A stretch of DNA of 63,664 nucleotides, filler included, from Salisapilia sapeloensis CBS 127946 (taxonomy: Eukaryota > Protista > Oomycota), in assembly GCA_023334545.1 (NCBI GenBank). It is 12 parts of 12 records of this genome, joined end to end, with 100 filler letters (N's around TTAATTAATTAA, not from the genome) between each part and the next. Parts side by side here need not be neighbours in the genome. Positions count along the whole stretch, not along the records: positions 22,865 to 24,772 come from JAADVB010001013.1; positions 24,873 to 27,654 come from JAADVB010000846.1; positions 27,755 to 29,396 come from JAADVB010001079.1; positions 29,497 to 38,859 come from JAADVB010000468.1; 8 more parts are not named here. One strand, written 5' to 3'. Shown piece by piece: positions 23,519 through 36,400 of this stretch. The notes below the pieces were generated by a model. That model made no database searches and was not told the origin of the DNA. It saw nothing but the letters and a program-made list of their open reading frames with translations. Both the position numbers and the translations under genes were made by a program. Numbering within the stretch: the stretch's first letter is position 1; every line of letters starts with the position of its first letter.

Positions 23519-24772
23519 CTACGTTCTTTGAGTGGCAGCTCTACGCATGTCGCGCCGTAGTTCGTCCATTTTTGCAGCAAAGAAACGGGTGTCAACGTAG
23601 TATTGCTTGGCCGCAATTTTCCCAGCTTCCTCTCGCTTTTGAGTACTCCAACCCAGCAGCTCTTCGACACCTTTACATACATGCTTACCATGCAATGCAG
23701 CTTGGATGCCTTCCGAACCTTTCAACCCCTGTTCTCCTTTATATAGTCCACCTAACAGTTGCTTCTTCTCATACTTTCGCCCAACTTTCAACAGAACGCC
23801 CGAGTCTTTGGAAACAAGTTCGTTCATCGGAGGCACGTCGGTTGTGACGATTGTTGCTCCAGCAGCTCTTGCCTGATTAATGTAATGACCATATCCTTCC
23901 ATCACACTCGGACATAAGACCAGCGTCGACTCGGCCAGGATCTTCCCAAAGTCGTTCGGGCCTAGAAACTCTGGGTAAAAGTGGATGTTGTCAGGAACGG
24001 CACGAAGGTCTTTCATCGGTGCAAGCTCCATGTAGTTTTCATAGCGTTTCGGATGCAAATAGATGTGCAGGTCTGGAAAGTCTGGTCTCTCGGCCCAACA
24101 AGAGAGAATTTGGTTAGTTCCTTTTTGAACGCTGCGGCCGTTTAAGTGCACAAAAGACGTATTGGTGTAGTCTTTATCTCGGATACTTCCCACCGGCAGG
24201 CGTTCCCTCGCCAGCGATGCGACATCAGAGGTGACGTGGCGAGCATATACGACACTGGCGTTTTTCGGATTACCCTGTTGCTCATACCACTTGGACACGC
24301 GCCGGGCACAATCTGCCGTCTTGCAGATGACCTTCTGAACAGTGTGCAAGTGTTCTGGGCGTATCTCGTACATTTCTACGTTTGGCATCATGTAAAGGTC
24401 TTTTGTCTCGGGCCACTCTGCCTGATCGGCGATGCCGTCCCAGTAGTGGTTGAATACGATCACTGGCGTGTGTGGGCATAGTTCCGGATACGACTTGTTA
24501 CCAAACTTTTCCGTAATAGCCCAGCGCGGAAGGAGTCGAGACCTGAGATCTAACATCACAATGAGAAATGAAATAACTCGAATACACTACTACGTACATT
24601 TGGCATAGCCGACGGCATCTTCACAGTATCCCGGATCTCGGAGCCCACCCGGCAGGTAGATGTCAATGTCAGGGCAGTCCTGTATCGCATCGTACACGTC
24701 CACGTCGTTTCGATCCACCAATTTGTAAAGTTCTGCTGATGTCGCATTGCCTTGGTACGCAAAGTCCCATGG
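23519..24772 (-). CDS. GT-B fold glycosyltransferase (GT4/Glycos_transf_1-like), 5' truncated; exons >24772-24598 and 24549-23519
   Basis: LCPSVMEGYGHYINQARAAGATIVTTDVPPMNELV nucleotide-sugar-binding motif. A 48-nt GT-AG intron joins ...CEDAVGYAK-YLRSRLLPRW in frame. Confidence 0.85.
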
Positions 24773-24872
24773 NNNNNNNNNNNNNNNNNNNNNNNNNNNN
24801 NNNNNNNNNNNNNNNNTTAATTAATTAANNNNNNNNNNNNNNNNNNNNNNNNNNNNNNNNNNNNNNNNNNNN
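24773..24872. other. Artificial contig linker
   Basis: Same 100-nt spacer. Confidence 0.98.
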
Positions 24873-24873
24873 G

Positions 24874-25727
24874 TTCCATAAAGGGGTATCTCCTGTCTAC
24901 CAAGAGCCAGGTTTCGATTGCATCAAGACGCTAGCATTAATTGATCCTCCGCATGCGTTGGACCCTATGCATCATCTTCGCCTTAACTGGTATCTCAGCA
25001 GTATCCCCATCTTGAACAACATAGCAAAACCTCGTGATTACATTGCTTTGGCATACACTGGGTTTTGCTTTTCGTCCACTGGAGAGCGCATTGGATACCA
25101 CTTGTTTCATTCTCTAAGTGATCCGGACATTTTACAAGATTTCCCAGGAGTAATTCGAGGAAACTATTCCTTTTGCTGGCTATTACGGCAGCATGATGAG
25201 CAAACGGTTGAGCTGTATGCACCAGGGTTTGTGGATCCGAAAGGGAAAGTGTTTGATACGGTGACGCTCCAAATTACGGCAAAAATCCTGCTCACAGCAC
25301 CCACTCTTCTTGAATGCGGGCGGTCAAAAAAGTTGCAATATTTAATGGGGCAGCCTCAGCCCAGAGGTTGTGATCGACTGCATACATCAGACCGCCGTAC
25401 AGGGAGACAACTGGGGAATTGCAGTATGTGTAAAAAGCAAGTTCGTACAGTCAACCCGTTTGCCTCAATTCCCACCTGCGCTATTTGCCGTCAAGTACTT
25501 CTATCTCGTTGTCACTCCATTGTTCTGCGCCTAATGTATTCTACTGTAAATAGGTTGTATGTAATAAGTGCAGCGTGGCGAAAGAGATCGCGGTGTGGAC
25601 CGTCGGAGAGACACCAGTGGGTAAAATGTGTCGATTTTGCCCACCGTGTTTAATCTTCTCAAAGCAACTATCTGCCGTTGAGGTAGCTCTCGTGACTATG
25701 GACACGAGCTTGGTTGGTGCGCCGTAG
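24874..25727 (+). CDS. Oomycete START-like + FYVE/PHD-type zinc-finger protein, 5' truncated; intron 25495-25553
   Basis: KPRDYIALAYTG...GERIGYHLFHS START-like motif. After splicing the Cys pattern is CSMC...CAICRQVVCNKC...CPPC. Confidence 0.75.
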
Positions 25728-26464
25728 TAAGCGTAAGATTTAGGATATTACAAGTTGAAATAAATCAAACAAAGTGGGCTTCAGAATTTATAATTTCTCA
25801 GAGAAATTTAGTCGGGGGTGACAGTATCAATTGTAAGGGCCTTTGGTTTTGGGGTTCCTTTATATGCTACTCAGAATTCACACCTGTCGGTTGTACTAAT
25901 GAATTGCCCGTCTCAAGCATCATACCAGCATTCATACTCATATTAGAGCCAAGAAAGTACAGTAAGTTCTAGTGAGAGACGGTAGTTGGGGGCTCCAATG
26001 CTTATTTACCACGTTGATACTAGACAATCACAACGAAATCGATTCTTTATTTATAATTTTACGAAAAAGTGAGTTCATTTTCTATTCCCGCATTGACTCC
26101 TCGTACTATTTTAATCGTCCATACATGTACATTGCTTAAAGTCGAGACACTAATGTGTCTCTAAGCTCCATGACGATGTATTAGGCCTGTAAAATCGCAT
26201 GGCAAAGTCCAGGTTTCCATATACCACATTACTGTGTTTTGAAGTATCTGTCAACCTGCGTGACCTTTCAAAAGCTCACCTCTTAAAATGTACTTCTTTC
26301 TTAATTTTAGTCTATCAACTTTGGCAAGAAAATATAAATTACCCTTGGCAAAAAATCACTCCAAGAAATGCGCTTTTGCAGGTGTATCTTTCTAATGATT
26401 TTTGCCAAAAGACAACTCGAGAAAAACAGCAAAAGAATCGAATATTTGAAAAACCCTAATAATT

Positions 26465-26856
26465 AAATTTCGCAACACGTTCTTTATCTTTACCTTTAAA
26501 GTCATCTGATATATCAAATCTGAAGATAAAACCTGGAGAATAGGCTTTTCGCTTTGAAGAATAATATTCAGAATGTTAATCTATGTCCCTGATTATTGTA
26601 TCCGTTCTACCAACACCTTACAACTTAGTTGAAACCTGTAGACTTCCAAAAATACATTTTGGTGGTCTATTTGAGCGAGTACAGAACCGAAATAAATATT
26701 TTTATACGGTATGCAATCAATAAAGACAAAGAATGCGTTCTCCACATCCCGCCAATTCTCAAGCTTTTTGCCTTTGGCATCAAATAACCCCAACCGAATC
26801 TTTGTTGTATAGGAGGATTTTCTAAGGGCAAAGATAAAGAACGAGTTGCGAAATTT
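26465..26856. repeat. 33-bp imperfect inverted repeat pair (26465-26497 / 26824-26856) enclosing AT-rich DNA; MITE-like relic?
   Basis: AAATTTCGCAACACGTTCTTTATCTTTACCTTT versus AAGGGCAAAGATAAAGAACGAGTTGCGAAATTT, with 3 mismatches. No clear TSD. Confidence 0.45.
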
Positions 26857-27654
26857 CTCTAATGCCCATGAAAAGAATACGTAAGTACTACTGTCTAGCT
26901 TTCTTGCCGACTTATCGTTCATTTTCGTTTCATATATATTGTGGAGGTCGCAATTTATTGTAAGGTATTCGGTGAAAGATCAATCATGTTCAAAATCGCA
27001 TTCCCGGTACACAGTTCAACACGGATGAGCAATAAGCCTGCAGATCGCGTGACTTTGCCTATGCGTGATAATCAACAAGCATAATTCAATTCCCTTTCCG
27101 CAATGCCAGAGGATGAAGAACAAGTGTATCACTCAACAGAGCGGCGTGGGGATGGTGCAATGTTGACACCGGGAAAGCAGCCAATCGATGAGGCGCTCTT
27201 TGTCGACAGCGGTAAAAAGGCACACGCGGCGTCCAAACTGAAAGAGGGTTTGTCGGAAACTAGTGATGGAAACGAGTCACGTGCTGCGGAGGACTCACAG
27301 CGCACGGACAAAATGGATGCACCTTGTAGCATTCACATTTTAAACAATTGCGTCTTTGATACGAGTTCGGACGAATCTGGAATTTTTGGTAGTTAGACAG
27401 AGTTGACAGAGTACTTAAAGGATTATTATAAACAAAGCAAATAGATCATTCGCGTGCTCAACACCGTCACTTGTCGGCTACGCAACGAGCACCTGGATAT
27501 AACGGGTGCTCCATCCGTTACTGTAGTTAGCAACTTTGTCTTTCTTTTGTTCTTTTGTTTGGTACTTGTTTGAGACAGATGATTAGGTGACCTGCCTGTT
27601 CCTCCATAGCATATGAGAAGTACTTTTAGTGGAAGGATGTGGAAGGTAGGACAA

Positions 27655-27754
27655 NNNNNNNNNNNNNNNNNNNNNNNNNNNNNNNNNNNNNNNNNNNNTT
27701 AATTAATTAANNNNNNNNNNNNNNNNNNNNNNNNNNNNNNNNNNNNNNNNNNNN
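27655..27754. other. Artificial contig linker
   Basis: Same 100-nt spacer. Confidence 0.98.
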
Positions 27755-27841
27755 GTTGCTGGAGATGTAGCCGACTTGGGCCTCGAGCACACTTTGGCCC
27801 TCAGCATCGCTGGAAGGGATTGCACCGTATTTGCCAGACAT
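27755..27841 (-). CDS. 5' end of duplicated gene, copy 1 (MSGKYGAIPSSDAEGQSVLEAQVGYISSN...)
   Basis: ATG at 27841 reading outward with an open frame to the contig end, preceded by an Inr/FPR-like motif at 27879-27893. Confidence 0.6.
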
Positions 27842-27895
27842 CTTGCGTTCAGGTAGATTGGCTTGAGTAGTTGTCAGTGGATTGAAGACTGAGAT
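27755..27895 (+). repeat. Left arm of 141-bp perfect terminal inverted repeat (partner 29256-29396)
   Basis: Exact reverse complement of 29256-29396. Similarity stops abruptly inward. Confidence 0.95.
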
Positions 27896-29257
27896 CTCTT
27901 CAACTTGGTTGATCGTTTTGCGCTGAATGAGAACCGAAGAGTAGAAATTTACGGAAAACCGTTAGAAGTGTAAGATTTATACGAAAGGTGTTGTACGAGT
28001 GCCGTCGGATGGCACAAGCTCGAGATATTGTAGCCTACAAGCGTGTCCAAAGTGCGCAGTAAAGCATATTTTGGGGCAAGATTCGACAACTGAAATGCAC
28101 AGCCAGTGTTCTCGGTTGAGCTTAGTGAATGTAGAGATACATTCACCATATCTTATTCATGTATATAGCTATCTGTGGGAAATTTCAGCCTGCATTGATA
28201 TATCGCTAAGAGGCAGCTACTAAGCAGGCTCTATAAACACTCCGTGGCATGAAACAATTATAAGTTACTATTTAATGGAGTAATCATTATGTTTTTATGG
28301 CCGACGACCTTAAAGCAATATGTACCAAATATCTCCGCTACAGCACTTGTTCACACTGTGGAGTGATCATATTATAGCTTGCAAGAGTCATGTAGTTAGC
28401 TAGTAGATTTGGAAGTTGAAATGCAAACGTTAGTCTCCTTCAAGAAAAAAGATATGTACAAAATATGGATTGGAACCCAATGCGCCAACTCATGACGCTA
28501 CTCCTTGACAAGGTTGATCGAAACGCGGCAGGAATTGCACGAAGGAAAATGACACTTAGACTCATCCTCTTCTACATAAAAATTTAAGCCAGCATCAGTG
28601 CAATGGATAAGCATCGCCTACTAAAGGCAATGTCTCAATATCTTTTATCTGTCAACACATTGCATGTCAAACCATTTTTCCAGGCATCATACTTGTAAGT
28701 GTAAAAGTAGGGTCTTGCTCGGAAGCCGTATCTTTCAGCAACTACGCGCTTTGCTCTTTTTCTGTCAGTCGTAATGGACGCCAGACCATGATTTTTGCTT
28801 GAACGAGTAGGCGATTGACGATATGTGGTACTGTATCCAAATCACTCAAGCAGCATGCGGGGTTTTAGTGGCTGCCGGCATCATGGGAATGTCCAAAGGC
28901 ACATCAAATTGCGGAAAAGAAGTATTTCAAGTTCAGGCAGAGCGTAGTGACAATCGCATTAGCAATACTTTCGCTTCTAAGTATAGACTGGTACTCCCAT
29001 GCCGGAGGATCTTTTCGTCTCCAAAAAGCTATACGCACAGGTTCTGGTAACCTAGCGCATCCATCTGCATGTGGATAAAAATTTTCTAGCTATTGATACA
29101 CTGGACCAACATATCATCTCGATGTCTCTGCCGTAGATGTGGATGGGAGTCCAGCTCCTGGCTGAGCCTACCCACCCATCCAGCAAGATCTCTTCTAGAT
29201 TTGAATGAAACTGCCGTCCTCTTATCCGCTCACGAGCTTGCCATGAGCCCAAAACAT

Positions 29258-29272
29258 CTCAGTCTTCAATCC
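29258..29272 (+). promoter_or_regulatory. Oomycete-type initiator + FPR core promoter motif (mirrored at 27879-27893 on the minus strand)
   Basis: CTCAGTCTTCAATCC resembles the oomycete GCTCATTYYNCAWTTT consensus and starts about 52 nt upstream of the ATG. Confidence 0.5.
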
Positions 29273-29309
29273 ACTGACAACTACTCAAGCCAATCTACCT
29301 GAACGCAAG

Positions 29310-29396
29310 ATGTCTGGCAAATACGGTGCAATCCCTTCCAGCGATGCTGAGGGCCAAAGTGTGCTCGAGGCCCAAGTCGGCTACATCTCCAGCAAC
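29310..29396 (+). CDS. 5' end of duplicated gene, copy 2 (identical to copy 1)
   Basis: ATG at 29310 with an open frame to the contig end. Confidence 0.6.
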
Positions 29397-29496
29397 NNNN
29401 NNNNNNNNNNNNNNNNNNNNNNNNNNNNNNNNNNNNNNNNTTAATTAATTAANNNNNNNNNNNNNNNNNNNNNNNNNNNNNNNNNNNNNNNNNNNN
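29397..29496. other. Artificial contig linker
   Basis: Same 100-nt spacer. Confidence 0.98.
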
Positions 29497-30416
29497 ATGT
29501 GTCCAAATAAATTTAAGCTGTGGGTACAAGTCGGCCAAATAGCTTTCTGCAAATCACCATCAAAAGGCAATGGTACCATTATGGACGAAATCGAAAAACA
29601 AACTTCCATCAATTCTACATGACTATATTCCAAACCCCGATTCTTGCGCACAATCAACCTTTTGCAACCTTGATAAACGCAGTTGAGTATGTTTAAAGTC
29701 ATCCGGCGAGCTTAACACAGGCACTGGTTATCACCTGGGGGTAAAGTTCGTCTCCAATTGAGAGTTTCTCTTGAATATTACAAAGCTGTATTCCCATTTC
29801 ATATCGACTAGATCAGCCCATCGCAAACAGCACGCAAGAGGCTAGGCTTTTTATGCAATGCGATTACAGCTACCCGCAAATGCAACACTGTCAGAAGTAC
29901 ACGGCAAGAAAAATTTGGCTTATCGAAGTCAAATCTTTGTCTGATACTGCGAATGAAAAAGTTACTCCAGAGCTTTTATGTTCCCATATGTAACCACTCG
30001 ATTGATTAAGCGAAAGGATATTGCTCGTATATCCTCACATTACCTAAGAAGCTGGCTTTGACTTCCTTTGTCCGATGTCATTTGTATTGGTTGTCTTGAA
30101 AATGAGGTATCTACACTTTCATCACTTATTACTAGCTATTCTTGGTACATTTTTGAATGTGCTAAGAATTAAAAGCCCTCAAAAACTCAACCTGATACGC
30201 ATCTTAAAAAAGTTGCGAGCGCAGACTCTATTTGGCCATTTTTGTCACCATGATCGCGCGCTGTGATGTTTGCGTTTAAAAGGAAAAGTAGCGAGAGCTA
30301 TGCTACAGACTAACATCCTGAAACGAAAAGTGGATGCATATAAATATACCTATACTGTCACTCTGATGAATGAGACGGCATGAACACCGTTTCAAGTTAA
30401 CCAATTTTATGTAGGA

Positions 30417-33400
30417 ATGGGAGATAAAGTTTTTGGCTTCAAGACCCGTTCTCCATTGGCATCTCCACCGAGGCGAAGCAAAAGGCTTTCTAGAAATCAA
30501 AATACCCATAGGCGATGTAATCCGGCTCGTCAGAATCGTATTTTACTTGAGCCGCTTGAATGTAGTGACAACAGTTCAAGATATCGCGGATCAGAGCTTG
30601 CTGAGCCGAACGAAAGAGATAAAGACCAAACTTCATCTATGATCGCTCCGCCAAAATACTATCGACAGTTGGAAACACTACCAAATCTTGCGCAAACTCA
30701 CGTCCAAGAACTGGTATCCGGTGCATTTGTCAAACGTAGCGCTACACGATGGCAAGAGTATCAGTCGCAACGGTCAGTACTGAATCGAGGTCGCAATCGA
30801 TATGCTATGGAAGCGTGGAACACCGTATGGAGTACGAGCGCTGTGGTTATCCAGGCTCGGTGGCGGTGCTATCGCGCAAAGTGCTTAAAAGAAGCTTTAG
30901 TAGCCGAATGCTGGAACGAACAGATTCAGTCGATAAAAGCGTTCTGCACGCTCTATATCATACCGAAAGACAACATTTTGCTCACCGAAGTAAACAGCTT
31001 TTCGCAAGTCATGTCGATCATACCAGACCGGCAGCTTATGGGCGTGTACTATCAATTTCCCGCAACTTTGATTGCCATTTATTGGCGACATTATATCCAT
31101 AGCAGACGCGTACGCCATTTTCGACGTTCTTCTGTCGTGACTCGACTAATTGACTATCCTATTCAAAATGTATTACACGAAAGTTCGACAGTCTGGCGCA
31201 TTGTTATTAATCTCGCTGTAGAGTGCTTGAGCCGCAACTTGAGATGCTATCTTGCGAATTGTCGATTTTACTATCAGTTTGCGTACATTCATCGAATGCG
31301 TGCAGCAAATCGTATTAAGCGATTTTTCCGCTACGTCTTAGCAAATGCCATCGTGTCGAGACTGCGCCAGTATCGTGCAGCAGTTGTGCTTCAATGCTTT
31401 TGGCGTTCTTACCTAGCTAAGCATTTAGTACATACCCTACGTTTTTGTAGATTTATTAGAACGGTATGGTCAGGCTACGTAACGAAGGCTATTCGGACTG
31501 TCGTTGAATACACGTGCCATACAGCAGCTTGCCGTATACAGGCAAAGTATCGGTCTGTACTCGCTCGATCCTTATGGCGGTCATTATGGTGTGCACGTGA
31601 ACAAGCACGATGGAGATCTAATCCAAGCAAAGGGTGGCGATTATTTCATGCGAAGCAATATCATCTAGCAGCGGTTTACTTTGAGAGTTTCCGGCAACGA
31701 GGTGGTATTCCCGAAAGCCTGGACGAGTTAACGGAACGCAAAGCAGATATGTGTGAGCGAGTTGGTACTCCACTGACGGATATTCCATCGAGAATTGGAC
31801 GTCTATCAGTAAACTATGCGTCAACTTCTTCCATAATGCAATTCTTGGCATTCTGGCAAGCTTACTTGAGTAGCCATTTTGCGCGTTATGAAGCTACGGG
31901 GGATGTTTATAGTCTTGACAAAGCTCGAGAAGGCATATCTTTCTACCTGTTGCATGAAAAGAGACTTCGCTCATCCGTATCGCTGCTTTCCGATGAAAGT
32001 GAGAAAGAGGCAGTATGGTTCTTATATTGGCAGACACGCTTGCGAGGTGCACAATGTCTGTTATGGAGAGGCATGCAGGAAAGCTATGGCCAAGGCGTTC
32101 GAGAAGCTCAGCAGATATATCTTGCCTTGGAGCAAGATCAGTTTCAATTCACAAACAAAGACCATGTGCATGCGAAGCGTCAATGGGTTACTCACTTGCT
32201 TATCATCTTGGCTGAAGATGCAGTACTAAGCAAAGACTACAAAAAAAGTTGTAGATACCTGGAAGAACTTGTAAGCAAGAAATTTGAGGCTTATGCTGAA
32301 GAGGATCTTTATGTTCTTCTTGCTCTGCTGTATATGCGACTAGATGGAGAATCAAGTGACAAAGGAAGTATGTATTTAAAGCAAGCTTATCAACGCTTCG
32401 AATTGTATTCTTCAGTCGGGTACTATCACGGAAAGATGTGTGCTGAGGAAGCAGATAATTTCCTAGCTAGCCAACTTTCCGGTAGCTTTTTGGTGCACCA
32501 CCTTGACTCAGAACTTGTGCTGTGTTTGCGGGTAAAGCTCGACACAGGTGTGCACAGCATGAGGATAGATGTGAATAAAAGTCAGAATCTATGGACCTAT
32601 TCGAGTCCAAAGCAACCAGGAGTTATACATGTTAGCCTACATGGTTTTATCGAGCAACTGCCCGAGTGGAGCGGAGTAGATATGGAAAAAGGCATGCGAA
32701 AATCATTGCATCATCATTGTCTGCATAAGAAACTAGTGCGAAAGCAAGATAAAGATTATGGTGGTCACCTAGCACGATTGCGAAAGTTGTTACCATGGGA
32801 ACAATGGCAAGACCGTCTTTTGAATGCATCCCTTACTGTTTGCACCCGAAATGAAGCATGGTCAGTCGCTTGCTTTGAAGTTGCCAAGTCCCTCGAAATC
32901 CAACAAGCTTGGCACTTTGCCTTGCTTCTTTTAGAGGAAGCAACTGCTTGCTCAAACGACAAGCGTTTACGACCTCGTATACTATTTTCAAAAGCAAGGG
33001 CACATTTCCACTTGCAGCACCAATCTGAAAGCATCAAATGCTTCCAACGAGCCCGGCTAGAAACATCCATGTTCACCGATTTATCAGTGCAGACAGCTTT
33101 TTTAGGCAGAAACTTTACGGCAGTCGAGCGAGGGCTACTCGTTGCAATGGGTAAGACCCATTCGGAGATCTTCCAGAATGAAGTACGGCGTATGCAAAAA
33201 CTAGAGCGTATGTGTATTAGGGCGTGGCAGTTTGATAGTCTTTCAGTAGGGATGCAAGGCGATCCTTTCTTGGAATCACTACTTCTCCAACGAGTCGATG
33301 CTGAACTATATTATAAATGCGCAGATACGTTCTTCCTTCGCTCTTTGCTGCGAGCTCACACCCGAGCTTTTCTACTTAATGAATATAACCTGGATCAAGA

Positions 33401-36400
33401 GCATGTACGCAGAGCACTAAGTGCTGGCAAACATCTTTTGCGCCTCGAAATGGCTTCTGGTACTGCAAACGAGTTCAGTATGAAGCGTTGGTTTCTTGAT
33501 CCAGTGATTTGCACTAAGTTTCTAAACGAAGACTCACGAGGCTCTTGTTTGTACGGTTCCAGCTTGATAGATCAAGATATCTGGAATCGGATACCGTGTA
33601 CAGTCGGTTTAGAGCTAGCGGAAATTCTGTATCGTGCAAGCATTTCGCTTTTACAAGCGGAAGGACTGGATCGTGCTTCACTCATCGCGTGCTACCATAA
33701 ATTGCATGCGAGATGGACAAAAGCAATGCCTACATTAAAAGCCGAAGGAGAGCGAATGCTATTACGACTTGCTTTCCTCTCATTAGAGTACGGATCGACC
33801 GATCAATCATACTTCGATTGGTCCTTATACTATATCAATTTGCTGATAATCAATCGCGAAAATGGACATGCAGGCAGGAATGACATAACTTGGCCAGTGA
33901 ATGCTCGGCTCCCATCCTCTCTGTCGTTACCAGAGTTATATTTTATACGTGGATTCATTCGAGAAACGAGTTTGTATTATACGAATGAAGTTCCTAACGC
34001 CAATCTGACATTACTTTGGTCGGATTATGATCGATTGTATCAACAGCTTCACAAGTACGTACTTGATGATGAAATCGCTGCTAAAAGGGAAAAAGATCGG
34101 CACGCAGCACATAAAGAAGATAATTTGGAAACTATTCGTATTTATATTGGAGCTACGAAGAATGTTGTGTTGAAAGAAGTGCTTCGTAGTCGACCATACT
34201 TGATTGTCGCTTGTGGACGAAAGTCTTATTCGATCCATACGCCTCCAGATTGGTCTACGTTAGAACCGAAGTGGGATGAATATGTAGAAGTACATGTCCG
34301 AGACCCAGACGACACAATCGTCATAAGTTTGTATAATCGGCTGAATTCCCAATCCATGAGCCAAGCTCAATGCGTTGGATCTGTCAAATTAAGCATACGA
34401 GAACTGATGTCTATGGAGAATAGCGAAGGACAATTCTTTCCATTTGTTCATCAACAACGATTGTCCACCTTGGGACAGATCTTCTTGCAATTTCAGCTAC
34501 TTCTGAAAAAAGATATACCCCGACGTTCAAGAAAACTTCGACGACGAGGTCATTGGGATCTCGATGAGCTTCGAAACTATTTGCCTGGCGACGTAGAGCT
34601 CTTTGCTTCATCTCGATGGGTATGGAGCAAGCTCGGTCATATATTCAAAAGAGACAAAGAATTTGCAATTGCTGCATGGTTCTACATAAAGGCCGTCGAC
34701 TGCTGTAGTACTACGCTATTGAAGTCGTCCACGCTTATACAACTTGGGGCAGCAAAAGACACTCTTAGTTTGTTATGGTGTGCAGATGCAGGATCATGTC
34801 AAGCTATTCAAGTCGATACGAGTTATTTAGTACGTCAAGCAGAAAGTCTTCTAGAGCGCATACCTCAAATTAGCTACGACACAGAGTTAGAATGTGCCAA
34901 GCTTTCTGCTGATGTGGAATATTGGCAGACAAAGTTGAACGGTGAGGATACAGTATCTCCATGTACCCAAGAAATACGAAAGAGGAGACCAGCTTCATCT
35001 ACCTGGGTAAAAGTGAGTGGAAACACGTTGGAAGGAACTATCAGTGAAATGTATGTGGATTATTTGAATATCGACACAGGCGAGACGTTTTGCTCTCTCG
35101 CTGGAGAAGAACCCTTGGAGTATGAACCAAATGAGCATGACGCTGCTGAAAATACATCGTATACACAAAGGAGTGTGTGCATGAGTGTTGAAATGCAAGA
35201 ACGTGTACGAGTGTGCCTCGATCAAATCATAGATGAGGATCTTAATGATACAAATCACTGCTACGTTTTAAAAAACAGGGAAGGTAGACTACTGCACTAC
35301 TACCACTCGCACCTAATAGGCAGTATCAGCTCTTTTACGATCAATGAATGGACAATGTACTGTATCATTCGTATGCAAGACACTTACCGAAGATATTACT
35401 GCAGGAAAAGAAAGAGACGAGCATTTAAAGGAGTCCTGTGGTGTGTAGTTAAGGTCTTAAGCTTGTATTCATCTTCGCGTGCTCATTTATATGCCCAACG
35501 CGAGGCTGCAAGAAAGAAAAAGTTGTCTTTATTGACAATAACGATCGAAGATGCTCAGAGCTTGCGAATTGCAGATGCGCTAACAAGTGACCCGTTTGTC
35601 TTGGTTTCGCTAATTGATCCTCAAGGCCAAGTTGTTGTTCAAGGTGAAACTAGTGTCTGTCATAACACGGTGAACCCTAAATGGGAGGAAGAGTTTGAGT
35701 TCGATTATGAGTACACCAGGCATGAACGACTGCGCTTAGCTTGTCATTCCGGTCGCAAGAGAAGACAAAAGCGAGATGTGGAGAAGAACTCATTTGCTTC
35801 CACTCTGGTATTTGAAGTGTATGATTGCGACTATATCTCTTCAGCAAAAACTACGGAGGAAGAGCAGGATTCATCTGATGGATCTCGCGAATTCCTGGGT
35901 ATGGCTACAGTATCCATCGATCAGTTCGAGAATGGTGCTTTATGGACGTTTGAATTGCCATTGAAAGACGAAGATAACGAAACCAGTCCTCGATCAAGAG
36001 GAATACTTCGCGTTGGCATCCAGTGGACAGCAAGAAGACGAGATTTGAGTCTACTTACTGTAAGCAGCATAATTAAATCTTCCCAACCAAGAAGACCACA
36101 AAGGCCTCCCGTACCGGAACAGATTTGCACGAAATTGAATCTGCTGGGAAAGAAAGCGAATACAATTAGTAGAGAGTTGCTTTTACTCGGAACGACCGTA
36201 CTTCCTCAAGTGGCTCAGTTAGCTAGAAAATGGGCTTTAGCTAACCAAACGGCCAAGACAGCAGAGGAAGCAAAAGTGTTGGAAATTCGGCTAAATGGAT
36301 ATGTCGAAGCTGATCTCGCTCCTCGACAAGCTAGTATGAGTGATCAAATGCTAGCATGGAAGTCTCAAGCGAAGGAGTTTCAGGAAGAGATTCGACACTT

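Larger units (their letters stand above)
29256..29396 (-). repeat. Right arm of 141-bp terminal inverted repeat
   Basis: Direct comparison. Confidence 0.95.

Noticed and set aside
27103-27396. 97-aa acidic ORF, and nearby 26593-26922, as genes
   Set aside because: They are low-complexity, have no recognisable domain or splice support, and sit in AT-rich intergenic DNA.
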